Shown: piece after piece, positions 27,002-38,200 of the stretch
Layout: the number at the start of each line of letters is the position of its first letter
Numbering within the stretch: position 1 is the first letter of the stretch
From: an uncultured virus (IMG/VR IMGVR_UViG_3300042328_000542)
Taxonomy: Duplodnaviria > Heunggongvirae > Uroviricota > Caudoviricetes
Direction: 5' to 3' (one strand)
DNA: 64,000 nucleotides
Virus record (IMG/VR): IMGVR_UViG_3300042328_000542
Made by a program: the position numbers and the translations under genes
The notes under the pieces: generated by a model
The model's input: the letters and a program-made list of their open reading frames with translations, nothing else
The model's database searches: none
What the model was told of the DNA's origin: nothing

Positions 27002-30000
27002 TTAAATTCCCTTTAACGCATCTATTTCGGCTTTCAATTCTCGTATAGCTGCAAAAGCTAAAGCACAAAGTTTCTCATAATCTACAGCTAATGAGTCATC
27101 AGATTTAACCCTAACTGCTCTTGGAAATACTGCTTGAACGTCTTGAGCAATTACACCAAAATCAGATTTTCGAATAAAATATCCATCTTCGCCACCATGT
27201 GTATTTATATATTCATCTGTCCAATCAAACAATTTACCACCGATATGAGATACAATTTCAACCGCATTATCAATATCTGTTATATTTTCTTTAAATTTCT
27301 TATCTGATGAATAATATGCAGTAATATTATTAGCAGCTCTAATTTCACCAGCTGTTGTTGATGCTGCTGTACCAACACCGATAGAATTAAACTGTGAATT
27401 TAATGTCGTACTACTAAAAGCTGTTGCTGTTCCGCTTGAAGTAATATATCCATTAGGATTTGTAGAATTATATGGAGTAAAACCTAGCGCAGTTGTAACT
27501 TGACCAGATGTGATACCAGTAATATATCCATTAGGATTTGTAGAATTATATGGAGTAAAACCTAGCGCAGTTGTAACTTGACCAGATGTGATACCAGTAA
27601 TATATCCATTAGGATTTGTAGAATTATATGGAGTAAAACCTAGCGCAGTTGTAACTTGACCAGATGTGATGTTAGCAATTTGAGAACTTGTTATTGTCCC
27701 TACGATTTTCGTATTAGCGATACCTGTTATCCAATTAGGATTATTGTATGAACCATTAGTGTATACTCCATTAGTAACCGTTGCAGCATTACCAGTAATA
27801 CTATGTGTAAATGTTATTCCAGAATTTACAGTATTGCTTACAAATGCTGTTGTAGCAATCATGGTATTACTAGTTCCAGTAGCAGCTGTCGTGGATAATG
27901 GAGTTCCGGTAAAACTTGGACTATTAAATGTTGGGCTAGCAGTAGATCTAATATCTTGTGCTGTGTTAATAGTAACAGTATTTGAACTGCCTGTAATTGT
28001 AACGCCATTTGTACTTGTTAAACTGATACTTCCATTTGTTGGAATAGCTGAACCACTAGTTCCAATAAAACTATTAGCTGATGTATTAGCTCTATTATAA
28101 GCGGCAGTAACTGAATTTTGTAACGCAGTTCCTGTTGTAGAAGTTACTGCATCTGTAATACCATATCCCGATAATGTTGTAGGTTTGGCTGATATTTTAC
28201 TGAAATTAATAGTTAACCAAGTTGGATCAGTATATGAACCGTTAGTATACACTCCATTAGTAACCGTTCCAGCATTACCAGTTATATTACCAGTTACGTT
28301 TGCGCTGATAGTATTAGCGTTAAAATTACCGTTAATATCTCTAGATACTAACGTATTGCTACCGTTACTGGATGATGCATTGCTGGTTATCGTAAATGTT
28401 TGAGCACTTGAACCATTATACGATACTGAACCGGATAAACCAATGCCAGAAGTTGAGCCTGTTAACGAGAATAAACTAGAACCTAATGCTACGCCAGAAA
28501 TGGTTGAATTTGCTAGAGCAGAATTTGGAACGGATACTAATCGCGCATTAGGTAGTGTACCGCTAGTAATATTTGATGCATTTGTAGTGTCTGTTGTTGC
28601 CGATGTAACTAATCCTGATACTTGAGATGATGTGATAGCAATTGGATTAGTTGTGTAACTTGTCAACTCGCCATATGAATTATATGTTAAACCAGTGATT
28701 GTATTTGAACTAGACAATAAGCCATAAACGTTAGTTATAGTATTAGCTCTAGTAGTGATTTTTGAATCTGCAAAAACTACTTGTTGGCCATTACCAAACG
28801 TGTTATTATTTGTACCACCATCTGCGATTGCAATTAAGCTTGATAATCCAGATACTGTACCACCAGTTAAATTTGCATTTAAAGTTGCTCTGTTAGCAGT
28901 TGTAAATGTAACACTATTTGCAGTTGGATCTGTTGTTAATCCTTGAAGTAGGTAGAAATTACCTGCAGCTTGACGAATCAAACCTGCGTATTTAGTACCT
29001 GTGCTGTTGTATTGTCCGTAAAACCCAAGATCTAAACTATCTGCAGCATTACCATTAGCTAATTTAATCAATGAATCTTTAGTTTGGATTGTTGATGTGT
29101 TAACTGTGGTTGTTGCACCATTAACAACTAAATTTCCTGTAACTGTAAAATCTGCAACTTGATTAATTGTAGAGTTGTAGACTGTTCCCGCACTGGTTGC
29201 TAATGTAAATGTATTATTTGCTGGATTATAAGAATAGCTACTAACACCAGCTACAGCAGTATTTGCAATTGATGTAATACGTCCGGTAGAATCGACAGTA
29301 AATACTGGAACCATAGATTGACCACCATAAATGCCTGGATTAGCACTAGTTAATGGTAATCTTGCAGCATTTAAAGTACCACTATCAATATTGGTAGCAT
29401 TACGCGCAAAACTTTGTAGCCAAGTATTGGTTGAATTTATAGTTGTATTTAATGTTGATACATTTGCAGTTAAATATGAATTAGCACTATTTAACGCACC
29501 TTGTAGAGAATTTACAGCAGCCGATGTTGCGACTAATGTTGAATTAGCAGTTGTTGTAGAATCACTTAAATATTGATTGGTTAAAATTCTATAATAATTA
29601 GATGAAGTGACATCTAACATATCCCAATTCTGAATAGCTTCATTCCATCTAATTGACGCATTTGCTCCAGATAAACCACGATTTACATTAAAATAACTTA
29701 ATTGGCCAGAACTTGACCCTGCATTTAGGGTAAAGGTATTTGTAGTATAAACAGTAGTTCCTGTAATTACAAAATTGCCGCCGACACTTAATTGTCCTAG
29801 AGTTTGAATATTATTAAAATACGAAGTTATACTGTTATTGGCATCAATAGTACCACTTGAACCAATAACTAATTTAGGCGTGTTGATTGTAGTATTAGCT
29901 TGAAGAGTATTAGTAAATGAAGTTCCAGTAACGCTTAGTGTAGCTGTATTTACATTAGTATTAGCTTGAAGAGTATTAGTAAATGAAGTTCCAGTAACGC

Positions 30001-31981
30001 TTAGAGTAGCTGTATTTACATTAGTATTAGCTTGTAATCCGTTTGTAAATGAAGTTCCAGTAACGCTTAGAGTAGCTGTATTTACATTAGTATTAGCTTG
30101 AACAGTTGTTAATCTTCCAACACCCGATGCTGATATTGTGCCAGTCGTAATATTAGTATTAGCTTGAAGATTATTGGTAAATGAAGTTCCAGTAACGCTT
30201 AGAGTAGCTGTATTTACATTAGTATTAGCTTGAAGATTATTGGTAAATGTAGTTCCAGTAACACTTAATGTTGCTGTATTAACGCTAGTATTAGCTTGCA
30301 ATCCAGTAGTAAAAGTAGTACCAGTAACACTTAATGTTGCCGTGTTAACATTTGTATTAGCCTGCAATCCAGTAGTAAAAGTAGTTCCAGTAACGCTTAA
30401 TGTTGCTGTGTTAACGTTAGTATTAGCTTGAACAGCTGTTAATCTTCCAACACCAGATACTGCTAAACTTCCAGTACTGATATTAGTATTAGCCTGAATA
30501 TTATTGGTAAACGATGTTCCGGTAACGCTTAGAGTAGCTGTATTAACATTAGTATTAGCCTGAACTATGGATAATGATCCAATACCAGATACTGCTAAAC
30601 TTCCAGTACTGATATTAGTATTAGCCTGAAGACTGTTAGTGTATGAAATTCCGGTGACACTTAGTGTAGCTGTGTTAACATTAGTGTTAGCTTGTAAACC
30701 GTTAGCATACGATGTTCCAGTAACGCTTAGAGTAGCTGTATTGACATTAGTATTAGCCTGAACTGTGGATAATGATCCAATACCAGATACTGCTAAACTT
30801 CCAGTACTGATATTAGTATTGGCTTGTAGATTATTGGTAAATGAAGTTCCAGTAACGCTTAATGTTGCTGTATTTACATTAGTATTCGCTTGTAGATTGT
30901 TAGTAAATGAAGTTCCAGTAACGCTTAATGTTGCTGTATTAACATTAGTATTAGCTTGTAAACCGTTAGTAAATGAAGTTCCGGTAACGCTTAATACAGC
31001 TGTATTTACACCAGTATTAGCTTGAATTCTACTTACAGTAGCTGTGCCACTAGCAGCTAAACTAGCTGTACTGATATTAGTATTCGCCTGAATATTATTG
31101 GTAAATGAAGTTCCGGTAACGCTTAGAGTAGCAGTATTTACATTAGTGTTAGCTTGAATTCTACTTACAGTAGCTGCGCCACTAGCAGCTAAACTAGCTG
31201 TATTGATATTAGTATTCGCTTGTAGATTGTTAGTAAATGAAGTTCCGGTAACGCTTAGAGTAGCAGTATTTACATTAGTGTTAGCTTGTAAACCGTTAGT
31301 AAATGAAGTTCCGGTAACGCTTAATACAGCTGTATTTACTATAGTATTTGATTGTAACGCATTTGTTACAGTATTTACCAAAACTTGTAAGTTTTTTGTA
31401 TTTGTTGATGATAAAATTGTTAAATTATTTGATCCAACTATATTTGATGTAACATTTAAATCTTTACTAATATTAACTGTGTTTGATACTGTTGTTGTAC
31501 CTGAGATTGTAACAGTATTAGAAAGTGTTGTTGTTCCAACAACACTTAACGTGTTGTTTAGGATTGTTGAATTAGCAACAATTAATGATTTATTTAGAGT
31601 TGTGTTTGCTGTAACAGTTAGTTGACCTGATACGAGAGCATTATTTGCAACTGTCAATCCTGTTGCAGTTCCATTAGCAAATATTGGTCCGCTTGTAATT
31701 AAACTTAATGTTGTATTAGTTAAATAAGTTTGTCCTCCAACATTTGCATTATTTTGAATATATGCGCTAGATCCTGTACCCTGAACTGCCAATTGTTTGG
31801 CAAATACTGCATTACCATTTGATTGTAATGCAAGAGCATTAGTATCTAGAAATAATGTACCTGATGTTTTATGGTAATTATTTGCTGCAACATCGTTGTT
31901 CTCTTTTACTAATGCATTGGTTGTAACAACCCAATCCCCAAATGTATTAGCGTAATTTAATAAAGAAATTGTATTAGCCAT
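27002..31981 (-). CDS. Long repeat-rich tail fiber with C-terminal intramolecular chaperone (peptidase S74-like)
   Basis: N/T/S/G-rich with 22-aa and 26-aa repeats. C-terminal SSDKKFKENI...FDW...GVIAQDVQ.VFP.AV...VDYEKL...AIREL. Confidence 0.88.
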   Translation of the reverse strand: MANTISLLNYANTFGDWVVTTNALVKENNDVAANNYHKTSGTLFLDTNALALQSNGNAVFAKQLAVQGTGSSAYIQNNANVGGQTYLTNTTLSLITSGPIFANGTATGLTVANNALVSGQLTVTANTTLNKSLIVANSTILNNTLSVVGTTTLSNTVTISGTTTVSNTVNISKDLNVTSNIVGSNNLTILSSTNTKNLQVLVNTVTNALQSNTIVNTAVLSVTGTSFTNGLQANTNVNTATLSVTGTSFTNNLQANTNINTASLAASGAATVSRIQANTNVNTATLSVTGTSFTNNIQANTNISTASLAASGTATVSRIQANTGVNTAVLSVTGTSFTNGLQANTNVNTATLSVTGTSFTNNLQANTNVNTATLSVTGTSFTNNLQANTNISTGSLAVSGIGSLSTVQANTNVNTATLSVTGTSYANGLQANTNVNTATLSVTGISYTNSLQANTNISTGSLAVSGIGSLSIVQANTNVNTATLSVTGTSFTNNIQANTNISTGSLAVSGVGRLTAVQANTNVNTATLSVTGTTFTTGLQANTNVNTATLSVTGTTFTTGLQANTSVNTATLSVTGTTFTNNLQANTNVNTATLSVTGTSFTNNLQANTNITTGTISASGVGRLTTVQANTNVNTATLSVTGTSFTNGLQANTNVNTATLSVTGTSFTNTLQANTNVNTATLSVTGTSFTNTLQANTTINTPKLVIGSSGTIDANNSITSYFNNIQTLGQLSVGGNFVITGTTVYTTNTFTLNAGSSSGQLSYFNVNRGLSGANASIRWNEAIQNWDMLDVTSSNYYRILTNQYLSDSTTTANSTLVATSAAVNSLQGALNSANSYLTANVSTLNTTINSTNTWLQSFARNATNIDSGTLNAARLPLTSANPGIYGGQSMVPVFTVDSTGRITSIANTAVAGVSSYSYNPANNTFTLATSAGTVYNSTINQVADFTVTGNLVVNGATTTVNTSTIQTKDSLIKLANGNAADSLDLGFYGQYNSTGTKYAGLIRQAAGNFYLLQGLTTDPTANSVTFTTANRATLNANLTGGTVSGLSSLIAIADGGTNNNTFGNGQQVVFADSKITTRANTITNVYGLLSSSNTITGLTYNSYGELTSYTTNPIAITSSQVSGLVTSATTDTTNASNITSGTLPNARLVSVPNSALANSTISGVALGSSLFSLTGSTSGIGLSGSVSYNGSSAQTFTITSNASSSNGSNTLVSRDINGNFNANTISANVTGNITGNAGTVTNGVYTNGSYTDPTWLTINFSKISAKPTTLSGYGITDAVTSTTGTALQNSVTAAYNRANTSANSFIGTSGSAIPTNGSISLTSTNGVTITGSSNTVTINTAQDIRSTASPTFNSPSFTGTPLSTTAATGTSNTMIATTAFVSNTVNSGITFTHSITGNAATVTNGVYTNGSYNNPNWITGIANTKIVGTITSSQIANITSGQVTTALGFTPYNSTNPNGYITGITSGQVTTALGFTPYNSTNPNGYITGITSGQVTTALGFTPYNSTNPNGYITSSGTATAFSSTTLNSQFNSIGVGTAASTTAGEIRAANNITAYYSSDKKFKENITDIDNAVEIVSHIGGKLFDWTDEYINTHGGEDGYFIRKSDFGVIAQDVQAVFPRAVRVKSDDSLAVDYEKLCALAFAAIRELKAEIDALKGI
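27440..27670. repeat. Exact 78-bp tandem repeat (about 3 copies) in the tail fiber gene
   Basis: Units start at 27440, 27518 and 27596; encodes ITSGQVTTALGFTPYNSTNPNGYITG. Confidence 0.95.
29880..31360. repeat. Imperfect 66-bp (22-aa) tandem array, about 22 copies, in the tail fiber gene
   Basis: LQANTNVNTATLSVTGTSFTNN-type units interleaved with LQANTNISTGSLAVSG-type units. Confidence 0.92.
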
Positions 31982-31983
31982 TC

Positions 31984-32208
31984 TTAGCCTTTATCCATTA
32001 ATTGTAACAATAACTGTTTAATATCAGATACATCAGTTTTAATTGAATTTATTTCTGACTTCATATTATTTATTTCAGATTTTTGAGCTTGAATTAATTT
32101 CTTTTTCAATAGATATTCTTCTTTTTCTATGGGATTGATATTACTCAATCCCATAGAATTAATATCTCTCACGAAATCTGTACCTGTCACTTTTACCATT
32201 ATAGTCAT
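31984..32208 (-). CDS. Small conserved coiled-coil protein following the DUF4815-like gene
   Basis: VKV.G...VRD..S..L.N, C-terminal heptads (EINNMKSEINSIKTDVSDIKQLL). Confidence 0.7.
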   Translation of the reverse strand: MTIMVKVTGTDFVRDINSMGLSNINPIEKEEYLLKKKLIQAQKSEINNMKSEINSIKTDVSDIKQLLLQLMDKG

Positions 32209-32210
32209 AT

Positions 32211-35200
32211 TTAAATTCCGGTGCCCGATGGTAACGCTAATGCTCTAAGCTCACTGATAATTGGAACAGCAGTTTTATCGTTTGTTGTCATAACAACTTT
32301 GATTGCGAATTGAATAAATGAGTCATAAGTTTGACCGTTTACATTTGTATAAGTCAAATAATTATCTGCTAATCCAACAGTGCCTGGCGCAGCTTCAAAT
32401 TCATATACATCATTGCGAGTTGCGGAATATATATTTTTATTTTGACCAATTGTTGTCATTAATTGCCATCCATTATCATCAAATTTTGTAGTATCATTAG
32501 AATTTAATACTTTATAGAATACATAAATGTTTGTACCCGATGGCTTGTATGCAGTGTAAAACACTCGTAAATCTTGTGAATCATTACCTGCGGCCATAAC
32601 TACTTTTTTTGTGAAATATTTACATGTAGCATTACCACCAACAGGACTAAATTCGCTTACCATAGATGCACTAGCTGGAGTTGTATTAGCTCCAGTAATC
32701 GTAATAGTAGGAGCTGATAAATAACCTGAACCAGAATTTGTTAGATATATGGATTGAATAATACCATTTACAACATTTGCTGAAGCTAATGCTTGAGAAC
32801 CGCCCGCAACATCTGGAGATGATATCACGACATTTGCATTAGGTGTTCCTGTATTATAGCCTGTTCCACCAGAGATTAATCTAATTTGATTATTTGATAA
32901 TTCTAAATTATTAATGTTCCATTGGGTATTAAATAATGTTAATCCATCATCTGCGACCATTGGAGACACTGTGTTGTCGCTTGATGATAAAGTTACATTA
33001 ACTAAAAATGAATTACTAGAATTTGCTAATAATATACGTTCACCTCTACCATCTGACAAGTAAATATCTTCTGGCGTAGGACACGCAAATTTACCAGGTG
33101 TAACAGCTGTTAATCCAGTTTCTATATTACCATTTTTAAGTGTTGCATTATAACTATATACAATTCCCGTGTTGGTAGGTGTAAAATCTGTGGTTGTAAT
33201 ATTAAACGCGTGGGCTTCAACATCGACACCAGCAATTTGATTTGATATTGCAGAAACATTTGTTGGATCTTGTAAATATCTAATATCACCACTAGATGAC
33301 TTTCTATATGGTAATCCGGTTGGAATAACAAATGGAATAGTTGGATTAACAGAAGTGTTAAATACACAACGATTGATAACCATCATTAGAGTTTTTGATT
33401 GTTCAGCTGTCCATGTCATACCATTTTGTGACTCGAACATGCCACCAATACCAGGAACACCGCCAATTTTAGTTAATGTTGTTGGGGTTGGATCTGTGTA
33501 ATTAGCTTTAACTGAAGACGGTAACGCAATTGCATTTTGAGATGCGTGATAAATGTTGTATTGATCAGATGGTGATCTCAAAATAAACGCATGTAATACT
33601 CCAGGTTGAATATACACAGGTGCACTAAATTTAAACGTTGTTTTAGTTGCTGGATCCAAATAATGTGGAGTTGAGCTAGTTTTAATTTTATCTGCAGTTA
33701 ATGTTACAATTGAATTATCTAATGTTTCTCCACCTGGATATCCATTAATAGTTGGAACTATAGATAGAGTAACAGGATCGTTAGTTGCTGTTGGTTTAGA
33801 TTGAAAAAATACATCAATAGAATCTAAAAATACACCATTTGGATAATTATCTTTTTGAACCAAGAATGATTGAGCGACTGGATCCCAAATTGCTCTAATT
33901 ACTTGAGTCTGTGTAGTGGATATTAATTGATTTGATTTATAATTTGTTTGAGTAAAGGTATTTTTTGCGCCAGCGATACTAGCACCAAAACTTAACGATT
34001 GAGATTTAGTTGATAATCCGCTTGCTGTAAATGTTGCGTATGCTACAGAAGTTGCGCTATCTGGATCCAATGGTGTAGTTCTGTTATCAATCTGTAGTAT
34101 TCTATCGCCAGTTTTGAATGTTGCAGCTGGTATATCAAATATAGCAACAAAATTACCATTTTCATCTGTGGATAATTTAGAAATCCCTCCAGATTGAATA
34201 CCTAATGGATAGTTTGCATGTGTTCCTGTGATAGAATATGTTGATGTAATATCAGTTTTAGTTAAATCATTTTGTCCGATAGAAACGTTAATAGGAGTCG
34301 CTAAAACTGCTGTTCTACCTAATGCTGTATAGCTAGAAATCACTGAACTGAATGTTTCTTTTCTAGTTGACGTTGCTCCAGTTAATACATCTCTACTAAC
34401 ATATGTAGTCGTGACATTAATTGTACATCCATTATAATAATTATCAGTTGATTTTGCTAAATTACTTAATGAAATTTGAGTTGCTCCTACATAATATAAT
34501 CCACCGCCTGGTAACTGTACTTCAGTGCCAGCATTTAATGGTGTTGTATCACCATTTAATGAAGAGGAATCGTATACAATAGTTCCATTAGTTCTACTCT
34601 TATTATAGTTGCCGCTCCATGGCTGAGTAGAAATTGCAAAAGCTAGATATCCCCATGCATTAATGTTAGATGGAGTTTCAAAAAATTCAATATAATTTTT
34701 TCCTGTATTTAATGTGATAGTAACATCTGAAGCATACGTAGCGGAAATTGAGCTATTGCTTCCTACAACATAATTTCCATTAATTTTAATATATCCGGTT
34801 GCAACAGAGGATGTTGCATATCGCATATAATGAGTGCCACCAGATGTAACTGTAAATGCTGTATTACATTTAGCTAAAACTGAGCCGTATCCTCTTGAAT
34901 CACCCCAGATCGCATATTTATTAACAAAATTGCCAAATGCGGTATATGCAATACGGTAGAATCTGACACTTGAGCCTAACACATCGGTAAATGTTCCACC
35001 AACAGCTGGAACTTGACCTGATACATGAACATCAATCAATTTAGATGAAGATGTTGTGCCAGATGCTGGATGTGATACTATAGCACCATTTTCGTCATAT
35101 AATGCGCTTTGTAATACAGGATTTGATAAATTTTGGGAATTGTAATAAACTGAATTAAAATTTCCAGCTACATATAATCTAACTTTGTTTGGCAAATTGG

Positions 35201-38200
35201 GATATTTGTACACTCCAGACACAGTTGCTACGCGATAAAATACATTATTGTCTGTATAACCTATAATATCACCAGTATTAAATGTTCCACTTACATTAGT
35301 CAACTCTATAGTATCACAATTTTTAATATACTGATTCGCATTTACTCCATCAAAAGTAACTGTGATTGGTGTATTCACTAGTAATCTACTAGCTTTTATT
35401 AAAACTTCTTGTGATCTAATATACGGTAAAATACTAACATCTGTAATATAATTGTTATTGATGTCATATGTATTATTGATTTGTTGATAGTAGCCTAGAG
35501 TATTTGTTTGGCCTAATGTTCCATATGTTTGAGTTGTTGTGGTGTCTGTAAAATAATTCCATCTACCACTGTTTTGCCGAGTTGTTGTAGTTGATACTTT
35601 AGTTTGTAAACCTGTCCCAGGAACTGCTTTCCAATCGCCCACAGATAATACGTTAACGGTGTCACTTTGTTGTAGTATTTGTAAAGATGGATCTACAATC
35701 AATAAATCAGGTGCTTTAGAATTATCTACCCAATTGTCCATAGGAGGATATAATTCTAGTACACCTTCACTATCGTTTGTTGCAAATGGGTTAAGATTAA
35801 CTGTATTACTAGCTAATTGTTGAGTAATCACATTAGCGGTAGTATATGGTAATGTGAAAATATTAGTAGTTTTATTTACAGTACTTACTTTAAATCCGCT
35901 AGTTGACGCTAGATTACCTAGAGAATTTAATACTGATGGATTTTGTAGTGTAAAATTATCTACAGTTTGAGCAGCTGTCAGTTGGCGTGTTCGTTTATTG
36001 ATACTTGCTGAAAATTCTCTATTTGCTGTATCTGCAGTGGAGAAAGATGAGAAGTCATCAACTAAGATTCCATTTTTAAAGCGATTTAGACCATTAACAT
36101 CGGGTACTTGAGTAGATGACGCTTTCTGTTCTAACATAGACAATGCTGTATAGTATTCTAGATTGTTAACTCTAGTTTGTAAATCTGAAATATCTTGCAT
36201 TGTCCAACGTTTATGTTGAGTTGGTTCAACAGATAAATTAGGTAATAGTCCTAGTGGAGCTTCTCCCGGAATATATGCTGTGTAAGCATCTAAATTTAAT
36301 TTTGCAATTAATAATGATCCATCTGGTTGAGCTGGATAAGTTGGATTATCAGATGCAATACCTTCTATTAATTGGAAATTTCTATCTTTTGATAGTACAA
36401 TTAAATCTTTTCTAGGTAAATAATATGAATAATCACTAATAAATGTTGACAGGTTATCAGGAATATATATTCCAGCTTCAACGGATTCTGGACTAGTTAC
36501 TCTGAATGTAAATGTAGATATAGCATTTATACGTGATGGTCTAAAGTCTAAACAATCTCTAAGAGAGTAGATTGTACCATTTGTTGCAACATAACTAGGA
36601 ATTTCAGCGTAATCTTCTGGGCTAGCTGAATTTACATATGAATGGATATCAAAATATGCATCTCCACCAGAATGTGAGTAATAATCTAATAATACTAATA
36701 GATTACCTTTTATTTTAGGTGCACCAGCTCTCAATTTAATACTAGCGTGGTCGTAATAATTATCTGTTTGACCTGTAGAAAAATCAAAATATGGTGTAAC
36801 ATCATATTGTGAACTTGAAATCATTCCAACTGTTGGTAATGTGCCTGGTGCACCAGTGTCGATGATTTTAACAATACGCTTAACATCAGAAATATATAAT
36901 GATTGATTTAATCCAGATGTTACTAATCCAGCATTGGTAATATATACTTGAGCATTAGTTAAATCAACATATGTATTTGTGTTTACTACTGTACCATTAG
37001 TGTTCGATGCCACAGAAGTGTTTGTTGTGATTAAAGATTTTGAGCGTAAAATATGGCCATTATCTAGTGTATCAGATACTGATACTTTAGCAATAACATC
37101 AACAGTGAATGTTGTTGTTGCGGATAAATCTGATGCAAATAGTGTTAATGTATTTTTATCATTGGATACTGTAATAGTTCTACCAGCAGAAGTGAAGTTT
37201 AGTATTTGACCATTAGTTAATCCAGAGTTAGAACCTTTATTTTTAACGACGATTGTGTAATACTGTAAAACTTCAGATGCTGAGAGTGGAGTTCCTGTGC
37301 GACCTTGAAAATTTAATACATTTATATCTAATGTATCAAATTGGATTTGACATTGTACACCACCACTAACTGTTGCAAATGTTTGATTTCTAAAATAATT
37401 TTTAGCATCAAATGATACGTCAGTAATAGTTTTCACATACGGATTACCAACTCTAAATAGCAATTCTGGATATCCAGCATCTTGTAAAACTGTATCTCCA
37501 GTTGCAATTGAACCAGTTTTTCCTACATTTGAAATGTTTGCTGATGAGACTAATCCATATGTAGCATTTGCTGCGGCCATTAATTCAATATCAGAAATAT
37601 CAAATCTCAATGTGAAATTAGAACTTACTGTTGGAGTCGTGGAAAATGCTTGGTCTACAGTTGCAGTTTTTGTTGACCCGTTATAAGCTGTAATTACTCT
37701 ACGATCACCTAATGATGTTCCACTATCAATGGATAATGTTACGCCAACATACGCATCATTTTTTGTTGAGAATTTGCTTGTTGTATCGTAGAACGTGATT
37801 GTATTTGTAGTAGCAGAACTTACATTGGATGTCAAAGTTTTTGTTTGGATATCACAGACAGCAGCTTTGTACACATATGATGCTGTATTAGCAGCAGTAT
37901 CAGTGAAATAATCAAAATCCAGATTGCGAATTCTACCTGTTGCAACTAAAGTTGAATTATATGTGTTAACATTTGTTGACACAACATTAGCTCTTGGTAC
38001 AGAGTGGAAATCGACACTCTGCATTAACGCATAGTCGAAGAAATTTGTGCTAGAACCTAAAAGATTATCTACATATAAGAAATTACCATAATCTATACTA
38101 ATATTATTATTTTGTAATGAATTATATGTTCTAGCTCTATTACCGATTAAATCTATAGTTGATTGGTTTTCTAAACGATAGCCGCGAACATATGCTATAC

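Noticed and set aside
29880..31360. Possible CRISPR array (regular ~66-bp periodicity)
   Set aside because: Repeats are in frame within the fiber gene, vary mainly at third codon positions and have no unique spacers; no cas genes are present.
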